A DNA stretch of 20,944 nt from Chiloscyllium plagiosum (taxonomy: Eukaryota): NCBI RefSeq assembly GCF_004010195.1, contig NC_057719.1, positions 24,023,629 through 24,044,572 of the forward strand, read 5' to 3'. This document shows, one piece after another, positions 9,960-20,944 of this stretch. The position numbers were made by a program, and so were the translations under genes. Each line of letters starts with the position of its first letter. Positions within the stretch are counted from its first letter, which is position 1. Under the pieces are notes generated by a model that worked only from the letters and a program-made list of their open reading frames with translations, searched no databases and was not told where the DNA came from.

Positions 9960-12479
9960 ACAAAATAAACATTAAAATAATTAATTTCATTTTTATCTTA
10001 TTAAAAAACAATACATTTGAATATCTTTTACATGCTTACAATGTAATTCTTGTGCAATTATACATGGTTATTTACAACATATGGCGAAACGAGAGGATAA
10101 CACCTACTCTTGCAGAAAGTATCTCTTACATAAAGTCTTGTAGGTGGAAAATAGTAAAGTAAGATTCCAAATCAAATCAAGGAAATACAATACTCGGATC
10201 TGAAAATAACCAAAAAAGATAATACAATACATTGTATCTAAAAGTTTTACAATGAGAAGCTCAACTCAACACTGAAAATTTATAATAAATCCCTGGTTAC
10301 CAGAAATTATTTAAAACTGCCATTAGATTGCGAACATGAGAAGACAGAACCAAACAGTAAAATGTACATACAGAAATGACTAAATATATTGGTAACATAG
10401 GACAATTGATAATACTGATATCCTGCATGACGTCAATGTTTGCAGTTTTTATACAGTATGCAAGCTTCATTAAAAAATTGTACATTTCAGAGCAATATAA
10501 ATAAACACTTCAGATTTTTAAAGTAATTTGTTACATTCAGTTTAGAAGCCAGTACTTCTTGTACTATTGTTCAACACCAAGTGATTGCTAAAGGCCTCTT
10601 AAGAGCAATACAGGGCACAGACATCTGACACTCAATGCCAGTTAAATATTATACACAATCTTTTTGATGGGTGCCATACTGAGATTTTCATCACACCAAT
10701 GAAAGAGCAAAATGACAACTAATGCCAACCAGTACTAATGAGAGTGAGAATAACTCAAAGGAGGTTTTGCACCATATTCATTTGGCACCCATGGTGGTAT
10801 TTTGGATAAAATACAATCCACATTTGTCAACACTTAAAACAAAACCATATCTCCTGTATGTGTCATAGAGTCATAATTTGCCAAAATGTACTCAAATTGG
10901 AAAATTTGTTGCAAGAGGGTATGACATTCATCATGAGGTGTACTTTTGATCAGAAATATAGAAGTCACAAAGTACATTAGTTTAGTCAAATTTTAAAGAT
11001 TTATTTTTTAAATTAGTACTCTTAGGGTGTAAGATTCTGAAGGAACGCTGTTTTAATATTTGACAGTTACTTCACTAAAACGTTTTCTCTAGCACAATGC
11101 AGCAAATCTCTACTCATGGGGATTATTTTTTGTTGAAAATCTACATCTTAAGTCCTTAATATCTGGTTTATTAATTTATTTCAAATAATGTGTTAGTGAA
11201 GAGTTTCAGTTTTCAAGAAGTGCATTAAAAACTAAAATGTCCCAGATCTGTAACTGGAGTCTGATTGTAGCTGGACTTCAATAAATTGGTCCCCAGGATC
11301 TCCCGATTTGCTTTAAAGATCACAATAAGTGGCCTCAAATTAAAGCATAATTTGCAGAGAGTCAGCATCTAAAACAGACTGCTGCATAATCAAGTTCAAG
11401 AACTAACTTTGGCTATGAATGAAAAGTTATCTTATAGTGTAAATGTTAATTGCAACACAAACTGACACTGAAGTTGACAATATCAACATTTACTCTGAGC
11501 TCTTTTTCATTGATTAAAAAAAAGTCCTGACAAACCACCACAAAAAGTCTCTTAAATAAAAATGAGTTGTACTGTATTGCTCAAATATAAATTAAGCTGG
11601 ATTTGTGAATTTAATCACTGAGCATGGATGAAATAAAATTGTATCATTTCACTTCTTCAATTAACTTGGGTTTGCTGGGCCTACATTTGGAAGCTTGCTT
11701 CTTAGTTCAATCACTTTTGTTAAATTTCTAATATTTTAACTTGAACCTGTATTTCATCCTGGTTAACAACTCAGTTACAGTTTGGCATCAACTTTGGCAT
11801 TTTAACATGGTCATTTGCTATTGTTCAGAGGGAGGAGTTAAGCACTCCATTTATGCTTCAAATTTAGCAAAAGTTTGAAGAATTTAATAATTTACAACAC
11901 AACTTTGCAAAGGTATTGGGTCAGCCGGTCAGTCATTATAGATAAATGAATGATGTTTAAAATCCATAAGCAACCGAGTTTGTTACCAGTTACCATCCAC
12001 AGCAAAATTGCGATCCCGAATATGCCTGGGAATCTAGTTACATCATTATGCCAAACTCCACACACTTCAGTTTCTTACAAGCAAGAAATAGTCAACTTAA
12101 GTGTGCTGAGATAAACTTACATTTTAAATTTCTTTGTACATACCCAACAGGGTACTTGGAGGTATTTGTGGTAGTAGCTGCTGAAAGCTCTGCAATGCTT
12201 TCTTTAATGAATTGTGATCACTGTATAGCAAACAAGGATGTATGCAGTAATATTTATACAATAGCTGACATGAAAAATAAAATATGGGAATAAATTGCTT
12301 TTGTGAAACCCACAGTCTTAGCTTCAAATCTGAGTGCTTTCTCTTCAGGACTAGGTAGTCAGGGAAATCCGTGTAGTTCCTCGCAGCTTCAAAATCATGT
12401 GAACCCTCCTGAAACTTGCCCTTAAGGAAGTCACTGATATGCTTTATAAAATGTCTTTCGTGGAGTGCTTTCCAGATTG
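9960..12479 (-). other. PPP4R4: Probable PPP4R4 3' UTR (distal end uncertain)
   Basis: About 2.5 kb of AT-rich sequence with no recognisable repeats directly after the stop codon, in an otherwise repeat-saturated window. Minus-strand AATAAA occurs at 11175-11180, 11167-11172 and 11000-11005. Confidence 0.5.
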
Positions 12480-12504
12480 TTAAGGATTTGATTTTCTGCT
12501 TTTC
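12480..12504 (-). CDS. PPP4R4: PPP4R4 terminal coding exon (25 coding nt)
   Basis: Minus strand reads a polypyrimidine tract ending ttgaag|G AAA AGC AGA AAA TCA AAT CCT TAA = (L)KSRKSNP*, the same as the human PPP4R4 C-terminus as I recall it. Phase 2 matches the upstream donor (TT+G = Leu). Confidence 0.88.
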
Positions 12505-12544
12505 CTTCAAAAAAAAGAGATAATTTGCTTAAGTAAATAGTTAA

Positions 12545-13986
12545 TGAAGGTTGCTCATGTTGTCCCCCTGTACAAGAAGGGTAGTAGGGATATTCCGGGT
12601 AACTACAGACCAGTGAGCCTGATGTCGATGGTGGGAAAGTTGCTGGAGAAGCTACTGAGGGATAGGATCTATTTATATTTAGAAAAGAATGAGCTTGTCA
12701 GTGATAGGCAACATGGTTTTGTGCGGGGGAGATCGTGCCTTACCAACTTAATAGAGTTCTTTGAGGAAGTGACCAAGTTGATAGATAAAGGAAGGGATGT
12801 TGATGTCATATACATGGACTTTAGTAAGGCGTTTGATAAGGTTCCCCATGGTAGACTAATGGAGAAAGTGAAGTCATATGGTGTGCAGGGTGTTCTAGCT
12901 AGGTGGATAAAGAACTGGTTGAGCAACAGGAGACAGAGAGTAGTAGTTGAAGGGAGTTTCTCAAAATGGAGAAAGGTGACCAGTGGTGTTCCACAGGGGT
13001 CAGTATTGGGGCCACTGTTGTTTGTAATAATCATAAATGATCTGGAAGAGGGCACTGTTGTTTGCAGATGACACGAAGATTGGTGGAGTAGCAGAAAGCA
13101 TAAGGGACTATCAGAGTATACAGGAGGATATAGATAGACTGGAGAGTTAGGCGGAAAAGTGGCAGATGGTTTTCAATCCAGACAAATGTCAGGTGATGCA
13201 TTTAGGCAAGTCTAATTCTAGAGTGAATTATACAATGAACGGAAGAGCCTTGGGAAAAGTTGATGGGCAGAGAGATCTGGGAGTGCAGGTCTATTGTACC
13301 CTGAAGGTTGCTGCACAGGTAAATAGAGTGCTCAGGAAGGCATATTGTATGCTTGCCTTCATTGGACGGGATATCGAGTATAAGAGCTGGCAAGTCATGT
13401 TAAAATTGTACAAGACATTAGTTCGGCCGCATCTAAATACTGTGTACAGTTCTGGTCGCCACATTACCAGAAGGATGTGGATGCTTTGGAGAGGGTGCAG
13501 AGAAGGTTTACGAGGATGTTGCCTGGTATGGAAGGTGCTAGTTATGAAGAAAGGTTGAGTAGGTTACATTTATTTTCATTAGAAAAAAAGAGATTGAGGG
13601 GGGACCTGATTGAGGTTTACAAAATCATGAAGGGTATAGACAGGGTGAATAGAGACAAGCTTTTTCCCAGGGCGAAGGATTCAATAATGAAAGGTCACAC
13701 TTTCAAGGTGAGAGGTGGAAAGTTTAACGGGAATGCACGCGGCAAGTACTTCACACAGAGGGTGGTAGGCGTTTGGAATGCGTTGCCAGCAGCGATGGTA
13801 GAGGCAGGCACGGTAGATTCATTTAAGATGTGTCTGGATAAATGCATGAGTTGATGGGCAGTAGATGGATACAGATGCTTAGGAATTGCCTGACAGGTTT
13901 AGACAGTACATTTGGATCGGCTCAGGCTTGGAGGATGGAAGGGCTAGTTCCTGGGCTGTAAATTTTCTTTGTTCTTTCTTTGTTCT
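12545..13986 (+). mobile_element. Relatively young 5'-truncated CR1 LINE (RT domain plus 3' UTR), inactivated
   Basis: ORFs 12544-13071, 13166-13558 and 13477-13854 carry [53 protein letters not shown] and RLRGDLIEVYK. There is a frameshifting deletion just before FADD (~13060), a TAG at 13148-13150 and a frameshift near 13436. The tail is a (ttctttg)-type repeat. Confidence 0.95.
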
Positions 13987-15951
13987 ATCAGTATTATTCC
14001 ATAGAATGTGTTCTGCTATAATAATAAGAGGGATTGATAAATAGTTCTAGTTTTTTTTGTTAATAAGTTTGGTGACATTTGATTATTCTTATGCCTATAT
14101 TAAACTCAAGATTCTCCTTAAATCATTGGGATATTACAGTTGCCACAAAATGCATTGTGCGTTGTGACATTGAATGCTATAGGCATAGGTTTCTCATAAC
14201 TGCCACAAATCTCAACCTCACCAACTGATCTTTTTAATGGAGTTGCAGGTGGACCAAGGCAGAGTGCAACTGGGGTTGCACTATGCAGAAACCCCAGCTC
14301 AGATGCTTCCTACGAGGCAGTTCCATTAAGGTAAGTTGATCAGCAGAGACACACATTATGTAGCCACATTGCCCTCTGCATTTTAAACAGCTGTGAGGAA
14401 GGATGATTTTTTGACCATGATGATCAGCATTAGGTGATAATCAGAGGGAGCCCTGGGATAAAAAGTATTAAGCACAGGTGGTGTTTATTTGATTGAATTT
14501 TGCTTTAAAGGAATATTTTTTTGATTGAGCAGATAAGTGCCCTCCTCCTTCTCTGGCCCATACCATTGTAACTCGCTGAGGCATACTGGGATGTCTACCT
14601 CCCATATGTAAATGATCACAGGATCTCAGAGGCAGATGGAGAACTTTGCCTTTTCGAGCTGTGCGTTAAACAAATGAGAAGGATGAACGGTTGGAGCAGG
14701 TAGCCTAGCCCAAATTTGACGCTTAGCCAGCAATCACATCATTTATTTAGCTGCTATGACTTAACTCCCTTTTCAGATCAAGTGGCAGGTCAGATGACTG
14801 AAAAGCATAAAGAATAGTGAAGAATGACTAAAAGATCATTCAGGAGAAAGAAATTAAAGTTTGACAGGAAGCTAACTAGAAAAGTAAAAACAGTCAGCAA
14901 TTTCCACAAGTATATAAAAAGGAAGAAAGTAAATCAAGTCAGAAAGAGAGCGAGAGAGAGAAAATGGAGTTAATAATCATGGAATGGTACGTAATGAAGA
15001 AGGATTGATAACTGGTCTTGTAGTTAAGGATCCTCTTGGAAGGAGTGACCACAATGTGCTAGAGTTTCATATTCGGATTGGAAAAGTGAAGACAGAGTTG
15101 CATACAAGGGGTTTACTGTTGGGCAAAGACAATTATATAGGCTGAGAAAGGAGTTGGCTCGAGTGGACTGGGCAAAAATTTTTAAGGGCAGGACAGTTGA
15201 AGAACAGTGGTAAATGCTTAGGGAGATACTAAATACCTCTCAATTAAAATATATTCCTGACAGGAAGAGGAATTGTAAAAAGGTTAAAAATCATCCACGG
15301 TTTAATATGGAAATCAAGGATAACAGATAGGCAAAGACTAGGGTATATCATACTGCAAAAGTTAGTGGCACTCTGGAGGATTGGGAGAACTTTAAATGTC
15401 AGCAAAGGATTACTAAAAACAAAATCAAAAGAGTTAAGATTAATGATGAAAGGAAACTAGCAGAAAACATAAGCACTGATATCAAAAGCTTCTACAAAAA
15501 GGAAGCAAATAGTGAAAGCAAATGTTGGCCCTTCAGAGGATGAAAACGGTGAGGTAATAAATGGGAAACTCAGAAATGGCAGAGGCACTAAACCAATATG
15601 TTGTCTCTCTTTTCTCAGAGGAAGATAATTTCTTCTCCTTAACAAAACAGCTTCTACAGAGAAATTTGATGAAATTGCTATAACTAGGGAAAAGGTATTA
15701 AGTAAACTGATGGGATTAAAGGCAGGTACGCCTGATGGCTTGCATCCTAGCATATTAAAGGAGGTGGTAGCACAGATAGTGGATGCATTAGTTATGATAT
15801 TCCAAAATTCTCTGGATTCTGGAAAGGTACCAGTGGACTGGAAACATGCTAATGTGACACCCTTATTCAAAAACAAAGATGGGCACAAAATGAGAAACTA
15901 CAGACCAGTTAGTTTGCTTGACCTCTATGGTAAGAAAATTGCTGGAGTCAA

Positions 15952-16045
15952 TGGGTGGGTTGCGCTTCGGCAGGTCGGTGTGGACTTGTTGGGCCGAAGG
16001 GCCTGTTTCCACACTGTAAGTAATCTAAACTAATCTAATCTAATC
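15952..16045 (+). mobile_element. 3' end of an HE1-like elasmobranch SINE (CR1-derived tail) nested in a CR1
   Basis: gggtgggttgcgcttcggcaggtcggtgtggacttgttgggccgaagggcctgtttccacactgtaag followed by a (taatc)n tail. It splits the host CR1 reading LLES-IIKDDI. Confidence 0.75.
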
Positions 16046-16888
16046 ATAAAGGATGACATAACTAAACACTTGGAAAAACGAAGCTTAATTCACAAGTATC
16101 AGCACAGTTTCATGAAGGACAAGTCATGCTTGACAAATTTGGAGTTCTTTGAGGATGTAACCAGCAAGGTAGATAATGGATATCTGATGGGTGTGGTATA
16201 TCTAAACTTCCAAAAGGCATTTGACAAGGTGCCACTTAAAAGACTGATCTAGAAAGTTAGATTCCATGGGGTTAAAGATAGAGTATTGGTTTAGATAGAG
16301 GATTGGCTAACTGACAGAAAGCAGAGAACGAGGATAAATAGGTCCTTCTCTAACTATTGGGGTGTCACAGGGTTCAGTTCTCAGACCTCAACTATTTACA
16401 ATCTACATAAATGATCTGCAAGCAGGGACAGAGTGCAATATAGCAAACTTTGCAGGTGTTACTTAAATAAGTAGGAAATGAGGACATAAACAGTTTACAG
16501 ATGGATATTGACAGGCTAGGAGAATGGGAGCCAGAATCTGGCAGGTGGGGTTTAATGTGGGTAAGTGCAAGGTTATCCATTTAGCTGGAAAATAAAAGGG
16601 CAAGTTATTATTTTAAAATGAGAAACACACTCAAATGTGCATCAGTACAGAAGGATATGGGCATCTTTGTGCTTGAATTGCAGAAAGTGCGTATGCAGGT
16701 GCAGCATTATAACAAGAAAGCAAATGAAATCCTGGTACTTATTGCAAAAGAATTGAATTAAAGAAGTAAACAAGTGTTGTGCCAATTATCTAAGACGTTA
16801 GTGAGACCACGCCTGGAGTTTTGACCTCCTTACTAGACAAAAGATGTGGTGGCACTGGGGGTAGTTCAGAGGAGATTCACCAGGTTGA

Positions 16889-17116
16889 GGTGGGTGTGTG
16901 TATGGAATGAGCTGCCAGAGGAAGTGGTGGAGGCTGGTCCAATTACAACATTTAAAAGGCATCTGGATGGGTATATGATTAGGAAGGGGTTACAGCGATA
17001 TGGGCTGGGTGCTGGCAAATGAGGCTAGATTAATTTAGAATTTCTGGTTGACATTGACAAGTTGGACTGAAGGGTCGGTTGCCATGCTGTACATCTCCAA
17101 GACATTGTGATTCTAT
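16889..17116 (+). mobile_element. Short CR1 3'-end insertion nested in the older CR1
   Basis: tggaatgagctgccagaggaagtggtggaggctgg... plus a 3' UTR similar to 1790-2004. It interrupts the host reading FTRL|IPGMK. Confidence 0.75.
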
Positions 17117-17214
17117 AATTCCAGGGATGAAAGCGCTGCCATACGAGGAGCGGTTGAATAGCTTGGGCTTGTCATCGCTGGAGTTCTGAAGAATGAGGGT
17201 GGATCTGACTGAGG

Positions 17215-17393
17215 ATTTTTTTTCATTCATGGGATGTAGGCATCGCTGGCCAGGCCAGCATTTATTACCTATCCCTAATTACCCAGAAGGCAGTTAAGTG
17301 TCAACCACATTGCTGTGAGTCTGGGGTCACTTGTAGGCCAGACAAGTAAGGGTGACTGTTTCCTTTCCTTATGGGCATTAGTGAATTAGATGA
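17215..17393 (-). mobile_element. SINE 3' portion with an A-rich tail (shark SINE, exact family uncertain)
   Basis: The minus strand ends ...taataaatgctggcctggccagcgatgcctacatcccatgaatgaaaaaaaa. It is inserted in opposite orientation into the CR1 after RMRVDLTE. Confidence 0.65.
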
Positions 17394-18099
17394 AAAGTGG
17401 GATAAAGGGCTATGGGGAGCAGGCAGGAGATGGCGGATCAGGCTTGAGGGTCTGAATTGCCTATGGCAGCTCTTAAGTCCTATGCTCCTAGTGGTAGAAA
17501 ATATGGAAATGGTGGATGAAATGAACAAATATTTTTCCTGTCTTCACCACAGGGATAGAAAAAAACCCAGTAACGGTTCTAAGTCAGGAGGTGGAATGGA
17601 GAGAGGAATTTAGTGAAATTACAGTCACAAGGGAAGTGGTACTAAGCAAGTTGATGGAGCTGTGGTCTGGGCTGACACATCTTCATATCCAGATAGACTA
17701 TCCTATCTTTTATCCTAGGTTGATAAAAGAGGTTGCTTTTTGAGGAAACAGATGTGTTGGTTAATTTTCCAAAATTTACTGGCTATAAAGGTTCCATCAG
17801 ACTGCAAAGTAGCAAATATAACTCTTCCAACCAATAAGGCAGGGATGCAGAAGTTAGGAAAATGGTGCGGATGGAGTTAAATCAACGATTAAAGAAGTAT
17901 AGTTGGGTACCTAGAAAAACTCTAAGTCATTGGGAAAGGTCAGCATGGTTTTGTAAAAAGAAAATTATGTTCAATTTGTTGAAGCTCTTTGAAGCAGTTA
18001 CTCACGCTGTGGATGAGAAGAACCCACTGACTTATTTGGATCCAGAAGGTATTTGCTTAAAAATGTGTTGCTGGAAAAGCGCAGCATCAAAGGAACAGG

Positions 18100-18137
18100 A
18101 GAATCGACGTTTCGGGCATAAGCCCTTCTTCAGGAAT
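18100..18137 (-). ncRNA. Minimal hammerhead ribozyme motif in the PLE terminal repeat
   Basis: AUUC-CUGAAGA-A-GGGC-UUAU-GCCC-GAAAC-GUC|GAUUCU. Predicted cleavage between 18106 and 18105. Confidence 0.72.
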
Positions 18138-18302
18138 GGGGAGGATGTGCCAAGCAGGCTAAGATAAAAGGTAGGGAGGAGGGACTTGGGGGAGGGGCGT
18201 TGGGAATACGATAGGTGGAAGGAGGTTAAGGTGCGGGTGATAGGCCGGAGAGGGGGTGGGGGCGGAGAGGTCGGGAAGAAGATTGCAGGTCAAAAAGGCG
18301 GT

Positions 18303-18804
18303 NNNNNNNNNNNNNNNNNNNNNNNNNNNNNNNNNNNNNNNNNNNNNNNNNNNNNNNNNNNNNNNNNNNNNNNNNNNNNNNNNNNNNNNNNNNNNNNNNN
18401 NNNNNNNNNNNNNNNNNNNNNNNNNNNNNNNNNNNNNNNNNNNNNNNNNNNNNNNNNNNNNNNNNNNNNNNNNNNNNNNNNNNNNNNNNNNNNNNNNNNN
18501 NNNNNNNNNNNNNNNNNNNNNNNNNNNNNNNNNNNNNNNNNNNNNNNNNNNNNNNNNNNNNNNNNNNNNNNNNNNNNNNNNNNNNNNNNNNNNNNNNNNN
18601 NNNNNNNNNNNNNNNNNNNNNNNNNNNNNNNNNNNNNNNNNNNNNNNNNNNNNNNNNNNNNNNNNNNNNNNNNNNNNNNNNNNNNNNNNNNNNNNNNNNN
18701 NNNNNNNNNNNNNNNNNNNNNNNNNNNNNNNNNNNNNNNNNNNNNNNNNNNNNNNNNNNNNNNNNNNNNNNNNNNNNNNNNNNNNNNNNNNNNNNNNNNN
18801 NNNN
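18303..18804. other. Assembly gap (502 N)
   Basis: Run of N inside the PLE. Confidence 1.
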
Positions 18805-20477
18805 ACGTCTGAGGGGAAATTGCGGTCTTTGAAGAAGGAGGCCATCTGGGTCGTTCGGTATTGGAATTGGTCCTCCTGGGAGCAGATGCGGCAAAGGCGA
18901 AGGAATTGGGAATATGGGATGGCGTTTTTACAGGGGGCAGGGTGGGAGGAGGTGTAATCTAGGTAGCTGGGGGAGTCAGTCGGTTTATAGTAAACGTCCG
19001 TGTTGATTCGGTCATCCGAGATAAAAATGAAGAGGTCTAGGAAGGGAAGGGAGGAGTCTGAGATGGTCCAGATAAATTTGAGGTCGGGGTGGAAGGTGTT
19101 AGTAAAGTGGATGAATGCCCTCCACCTCCTCCATGAGTTTGACTTCCCCGGTCCCCAACGCCTTATCTTACACATCTCCTTCCAGAAGGTATCTGCCAAA
19201 GTACCATATGAAAGGTTATAAAAGGGCAGAGCAGTAGCTTATTGTAGAGGCGATAACATATTAGCATTGATAGAAGATTGGTCGAAAAGAGAAGGGAGCA
19301 AAAACAGGTCTTTTTCTGGTTGGCAGGATGTCGAGTTCTGCAGGGGTTGTGCTGAGGCCTTAATTTTTAATAATTTATATCAACTTGTTAGATGAGTGGA
19401 ATGTAGGCATGGGAGCTAAATTTGCAGAATACGCAATAGGTAGGAAAGTATGCTGTGAAGAGGAAGAATGCACACGTTTGAGTGAATGGGCAAAAAAAAC
19501 TTGCAAATGGAGTATAACATGGGAAAATGTGAAGTTGTTCACTTCAATGGGAAGAATAAAAAAGGTGAGTACTTAAATGAAGAGTGATGGCACAATTCTG
19601 AGGTGTGGAGGGATCTAGGTGTTCTAGTGCAAAAGTCACAAAAATAAAGCACATAGGTACAGCTAGCGATTAAGTCAGTTAATATTCTTCACTATGGAAA
19701 GAATTGAACATAAACTTAAAGTTGTTATGTTTCATTTATACAGAACACTGGTGAGATTACATTTTAAATACTGTGTGGACATTTGGTCTGCTTATTTAAA
19801 GGGGAAAAGATTTACCAGATTGATACGGGGACTGAGGAATTTGTCTTGTGAGAAAAACTTGGAGAGATTGGAATTCTGAAAAACGAGAGGTGACTTGATT
19901 GAAGCATATAAGATCCTGAGCGATCTTGACAAATTGGTTATGAAAAAGGATTTTGCCTTTTGTCAGTGAGTCCAGAACTAGGACTGTTCATTTAAAATTT
20001 AGAAGTCACCCTTCTAGGACAACAATGAGCAGATTTTTTTCTCAGCATATTGTGAGATTTTGGAACTCTGTTTCAGAAGGCAGTAGAGGTGGGATCATTG
20101 AATATTTTTAAAGGTGAAGGTAAATAACTTTTGGCTTAATTAAAATGTTTTTACATTTCTATCACTAATCTCTGGTAGAAAGTGCAAACAGGTGACTGAA
20201 TCAGTATTATAAACTACACTAAGTCAGAATCCTGTGCTGTTGATAGGGAGGGAGGGCACAAGATTATATCCAAGGACTGAAACATTTGGCTTATATGAAA
20301 ATTACTATTTTGGGTAAAGACTGTACAAAACAGTTGACAGTTATGAAGCAATTACAATCAAAGTTGTGGCAACTTCAGGAAAGTTGGGCAAGGTAAGTGA
20401 ATGGAAGCATGTTTATTAAAAAAATCTTATTTATTGGCCTTGCAAGCCAAAGAACAAATTTACATGCATGGACTTAC

Positions 20478-20616
20478 AAGTTAAACTTCTTTGGAAGAGT
20501 ATCTTTACTCCCGTTTGTTTTGTGTTCATTGGAGTTCGTTGAATAAAAACGAGAAGAACAAGTTGGCAGGCTGGCAGTCCCTCCAGAACTTGAAGAATGA
20601 CTCTGAAGCATCCCAT
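20478..20616 (-). CDS. PPP4R4: Protein phosphatase 4 regulatory subunit 4, penultimate coding exon (139 bp)
   Basis: Minus-strand acceptor cttcactttag|AT and donor TT|gtaagt. Translation (D)GMLQSHSSSSGGTASLPTCSSRFYSTNSNEHKTNGSKDTLPKKFN(L) resembles the Ser-rich PPP4R4 C-terminus as I recall it (...GSKDTQPRKATL). It splices in frame to the exon at 12504. Confidence 0.85.
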
Positions 20617-20944
20617 CTAAAGTGAAGTATAACATATTAGGACATTTGTATACGCAATGGGGCACTGTTACCATTTGCTTTTTTTTCTGTTGACAATCTT
20701 ATAAAATTGACATGTTGCAGGCAGAATGTAATTTTACAATACACGAACAAAAACGTTATTTTGTTTACATAATCAAGTATTTGTATTTCCCAGTGCATAC
20801 TTCTAGCTATTAATATATGACATAAATATAACAATTCATTGGTACAACCAGAATCTATTTGCAATCATCACTTTTGTAAGTACTCTCACACACACCACCC
20901 ATGCCCTCCACCTGCTCCATGATTTTCGCTTCCCTGGTCCCCAA

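Larger units (their letters stand above)
14780..17480 (+). mobile_element. Older CR1 LINE ORF2 relic(s), APE C-terminus to RT and 3' end, with nested insertions
   Basis: Motifs LGRSDHNVLEF (~15040), PDGLHPSILKE, DWKHANVTPLFK, NYRPVSL, QHSFMKDKSCLTNL, FQKAFDKVP, FTRL/IPGMKALPYEERL and a CR1 3' tail at ~17395-17480. The part 14780-14985 is probably a separate fragment. Confidence 0.85.
18057..19180 (-). mobile_element. Penelope-like retroelement, 5'-truncated, partly in the assembly gap, with an inverted 5' segment
   Basis: Minus strand 19115-18805 encodes FIHFTNTFHPDLKFIWTISDSSLPFLDL...YYKPTDSPSYLDYTSSHPAPCKNAIPYSQFLRLCRICS, the PLE RT C-terminal/thumb region. The terminal repeat with hammerhead lies at ~18060-18300. 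TSD tccagaaggtat(t/c)tgc at 18041-18056 and 19181-19196. Confidence 0.88.
17490..20130 (+). mobile_element. Degenerate CR1 LINE RT relic, split by the PLE insertion
   Basis: EMVDEMNKYF, cagcatggtttt (QHGF) and YLD.QK before the PLE. After it come QKVSAKVPYERL, RDLGVLV, LYRTLVRLHFKYCVDIWS and RGDLIEAYKIL. Confidence 0.8.

Noticed and set aside
12124..12510. 128-aa minus-strand ORF
   Set aside because: Off-frame overlap of the PPP4R4 terminal exon and UTR, with no recognisable homology.
12544..13854. RT ORFs as an active or domesticated RT gene, or a retron-like system
   Set aside because: Ordinary CR1 ORF2 with 5' truncation, two frameshifts, a premature stop and a LINE-type tail.
18159..19199. 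Long ORFs of 208-346 aa
   Set aside because: Artefacts of translating through 502 N; only the PLE RT fragment at 18805-19115 is meaningful.
20431..20616. 61-aa ORF starting MGCFRV
   Set aside because: Wrong frame of the PPP4R4 exon; the ATG merely coincides with the exon start.

Overview
Eukaryotic, AT-rich, repeat-dense vertebrate DNA. The repeat families (CR1-type LINEs, an HE1-like SINE tail, shark-type Penelope-like elements) point to a cartilaginous fish; this is inferred. Two genes lie tail-to-tail. On + are the last three coding exons of a protein Z-dependent protease inhibitor (SERPINA10/ZPI-like serpin: 902-1172, 3887-4034, 4162-4353; P1-P1' Tyr-Ser). On - are the last two coding exons of PPP4R4 (20478-20616 and 12480-12504, ending KSRKSNP*). 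The rest is mostly nested transposon debris: many CR1 fragments, SINE tails, a Tigger/pogo-like MITE and three Penelope-like (PLE) insertions. The most interesting structure is a 569-bp TSD-flanked non-autonomous PLE derivative (7783-8351). Its two direct repeats each carry a minimal hammerhead ribozyme core, 373 nt apart, which is a retrozyme-like layout. A third hammerhead core lies in the sense strand of the last PPP4R4 intron, inside a PLE with an inverted 5' end. There is a 502-N assembly gap at 18303-18804.
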